DNA of 64,000 nucleotides from Candidatus Eiseniibacteriota bacterium (GTDB lineage Bacteria; Orphanbacterota; Orphanbacteria; Orphanbacterales; Orphanbacteraceae): NCBI GenBank assembly GCA_024276995.1, contig JAJRWB010000050.1, positions 80,359 to 144,358 of the forward strand, read 5' to 3'. Shown piece by piece: positions 63,492 to 64,000 of this stretch (position 1 is its first letter; each line of letters starts with the position of its first letter). The notes under the pieces were generated by a model. It saw only the letters and a program-made list of their open reading frames with translations, ran no database searches and was not told where the DNA came from. The position numbers and the translations under genes were made by a program.

Positions 63492-64000
63492 ATGAGTGAA
63501 CTGATCGACAACAAGGCGCACCGGATTCGGACACTGAAGGAAATCATTCGGCGTTTCAGCGAAGGAGGCGCCGCCGAGGAGGCGAAGGCGAAGCTGCGGG
63601 AGCTTATGAACGAGGTCGACGCCGGCGAAATCGCGGCGATGGAGCAGGAGTTGATCGCCGACGGCATGCCGGTGGAACGGGTTCGTTCGATGTGTGACGC
63701 CCACTCCGAGCTGCTGCGCGAGTTCGTCATCGCACCACCCGAACGACCCGACATCGGGCCGGGCCATCCGGCGCACACCCTCCGGCTCGAGAACGCCGCG
63801 CTGAAAGAGGCGATCGGGAAGACGCGCGCCCTTCTCGATAAGCTGAAAGACCCGGCGGAAGACGGCGGCGGTCGGGCAAACGATACCCGCGCCCTCCGCG
63901 AGCTGTTCGAGCGGATCTCCCTCGTCGATCGCCATTACCGGAGAAAGGAAAACCTCATCTTCTCCGTCCTCGAACGCCATGGGATCGCCGGTCCGTCGAA
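63492..64000 (+). CDS. DUF438-like N-terminal domain protein, 3' end cut by window edge
   Basis: ATG 63492 with AAAGGA RBS gives MSELIDNKAHRIRTLKEIIRRFSEGGAAEEAKAKLRELMNEVDAGEIAAMEQELIADGMPVERVRSMCDAHSELLR.. This matches the N-terminal domain family found on hemerythrin/PAS-type sensors. It is not in the ORF track because it has no stop. Confidence 0.55.
   Translation, partial: MSELIDNKAHRIRTLKEIIRRFSEGGAAEEAKAKLRELMNEVDAGEIAAMEQELIADGMPVERVRSMCDAHSELLREFVIAPPERPDIGPGHPAHTLRLENAALKEAIGKTRALLDKLKDPAEDGGGRANDTRALRELFERISLVDRHYRRKENLIFSVLERHGIAGPS

Noticed and set aside
1-64000. Search for tRNA, rRNA, CRISPR arrays, IS elements and integrases
   Set aside because: No cloverleaf-like intergenic segments, no direct-repeat/spacer periodicity, and no transposase- or integrase-like translations were seen. 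The only repeats are intragenic (adhesin FN3 modules) and the selenoprotein tandem duplication.

Overview
This is a 64-kb, high-GC (about two-thirds G+C) bacterial chromosomal segment that is densely coding, with about 47 protein-coding genes. No rRNA, tRNA, CRISPR array or obvious mobile element was found. Because of the high GC, the six-frame track is full of long Arg/Pro/Ser-rich antisense ORFs; the real genes were picked by protein plausibility, domain motifs, RBS/start context and tight operon spacing. Two genes run off the window edges and are missing from the ORF track (1..1329 minus; 63492..64000 plus).

Content from left to right:
- A GT-C-fold membrane glycosyltransferase (partial), a lipoprotein sulfatase, a second GT-C glycosyltransferase, and a SPOR-domain protein.
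- A TPP-dependent acetolactate-synthase-like enzyme, an aldehyde dehydrogenase and a frameshifted NapH-like membrane ferredoxin.
- A DUF547 protein, an EgtD-family methyltransferase, two sensor histidine kinases and TrmB.
- A tightly overlapping glycan-biosynthesis operon. In order it encodes an SDR, a GT2, a GT39-like glycosyltransferase, a Wzx-like flippase, an HprK-like P-loop kinase, a GT4, a nucleotidyltransferase and a frameshifted GT2.
- Two tandem paralogous secreted thioredoxin-fold proteins with a FlgD-Ig/T9SS-type C-terminal sorting domain. Each has an in-frame TGA exactly where the first Cys of the CxxC redox motif would be (T-U-P-Y-C and G-U-P-T-C), and each TGA is followed by a SECIS-like stem-loop. 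These look like candidate extracellular selenoproteins and are the most notable signal in the window.
- A MATE/MOP-like membrane protein and an FecCD/BtuCDF-type ABC importer (substrate-binding protein, ATPase, permease).
- A fused E1 alpha/beta 2-oxoacid dehydrogenase and a PAS plus triple-GAF protein with no output domain.
- A Gly-rich protein followed by a SycD/LcrH-like TPR chaperone.
- A porin-cytochrome-like trio (monoheme cytochrome c, DUF3373-like outer-membrane barrel, about 8-heme cytochrome).
- A DUF362 protein, a NapH-type polyferredoxin and a Tat-exported aldo-keto reductase.
- A minus-strand operon encoding a 1630-aa surface protein (FN3/Ig-like repeats, a dockerin-like Ca loop, the same C-terminal sorting domain), an outer-membrane beta-barrel and three CsgG-like lipoprotein paralogs.
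- A divergent SGNH-hydrolase/MBOAT pair, an M28 peptidase, and a truncated DUF438-like gene.

The lineage cannot be assigned from the sequence. The C-terminal sorting domains suggest an FCB-type or candidate-phylum organism, but that is inference.
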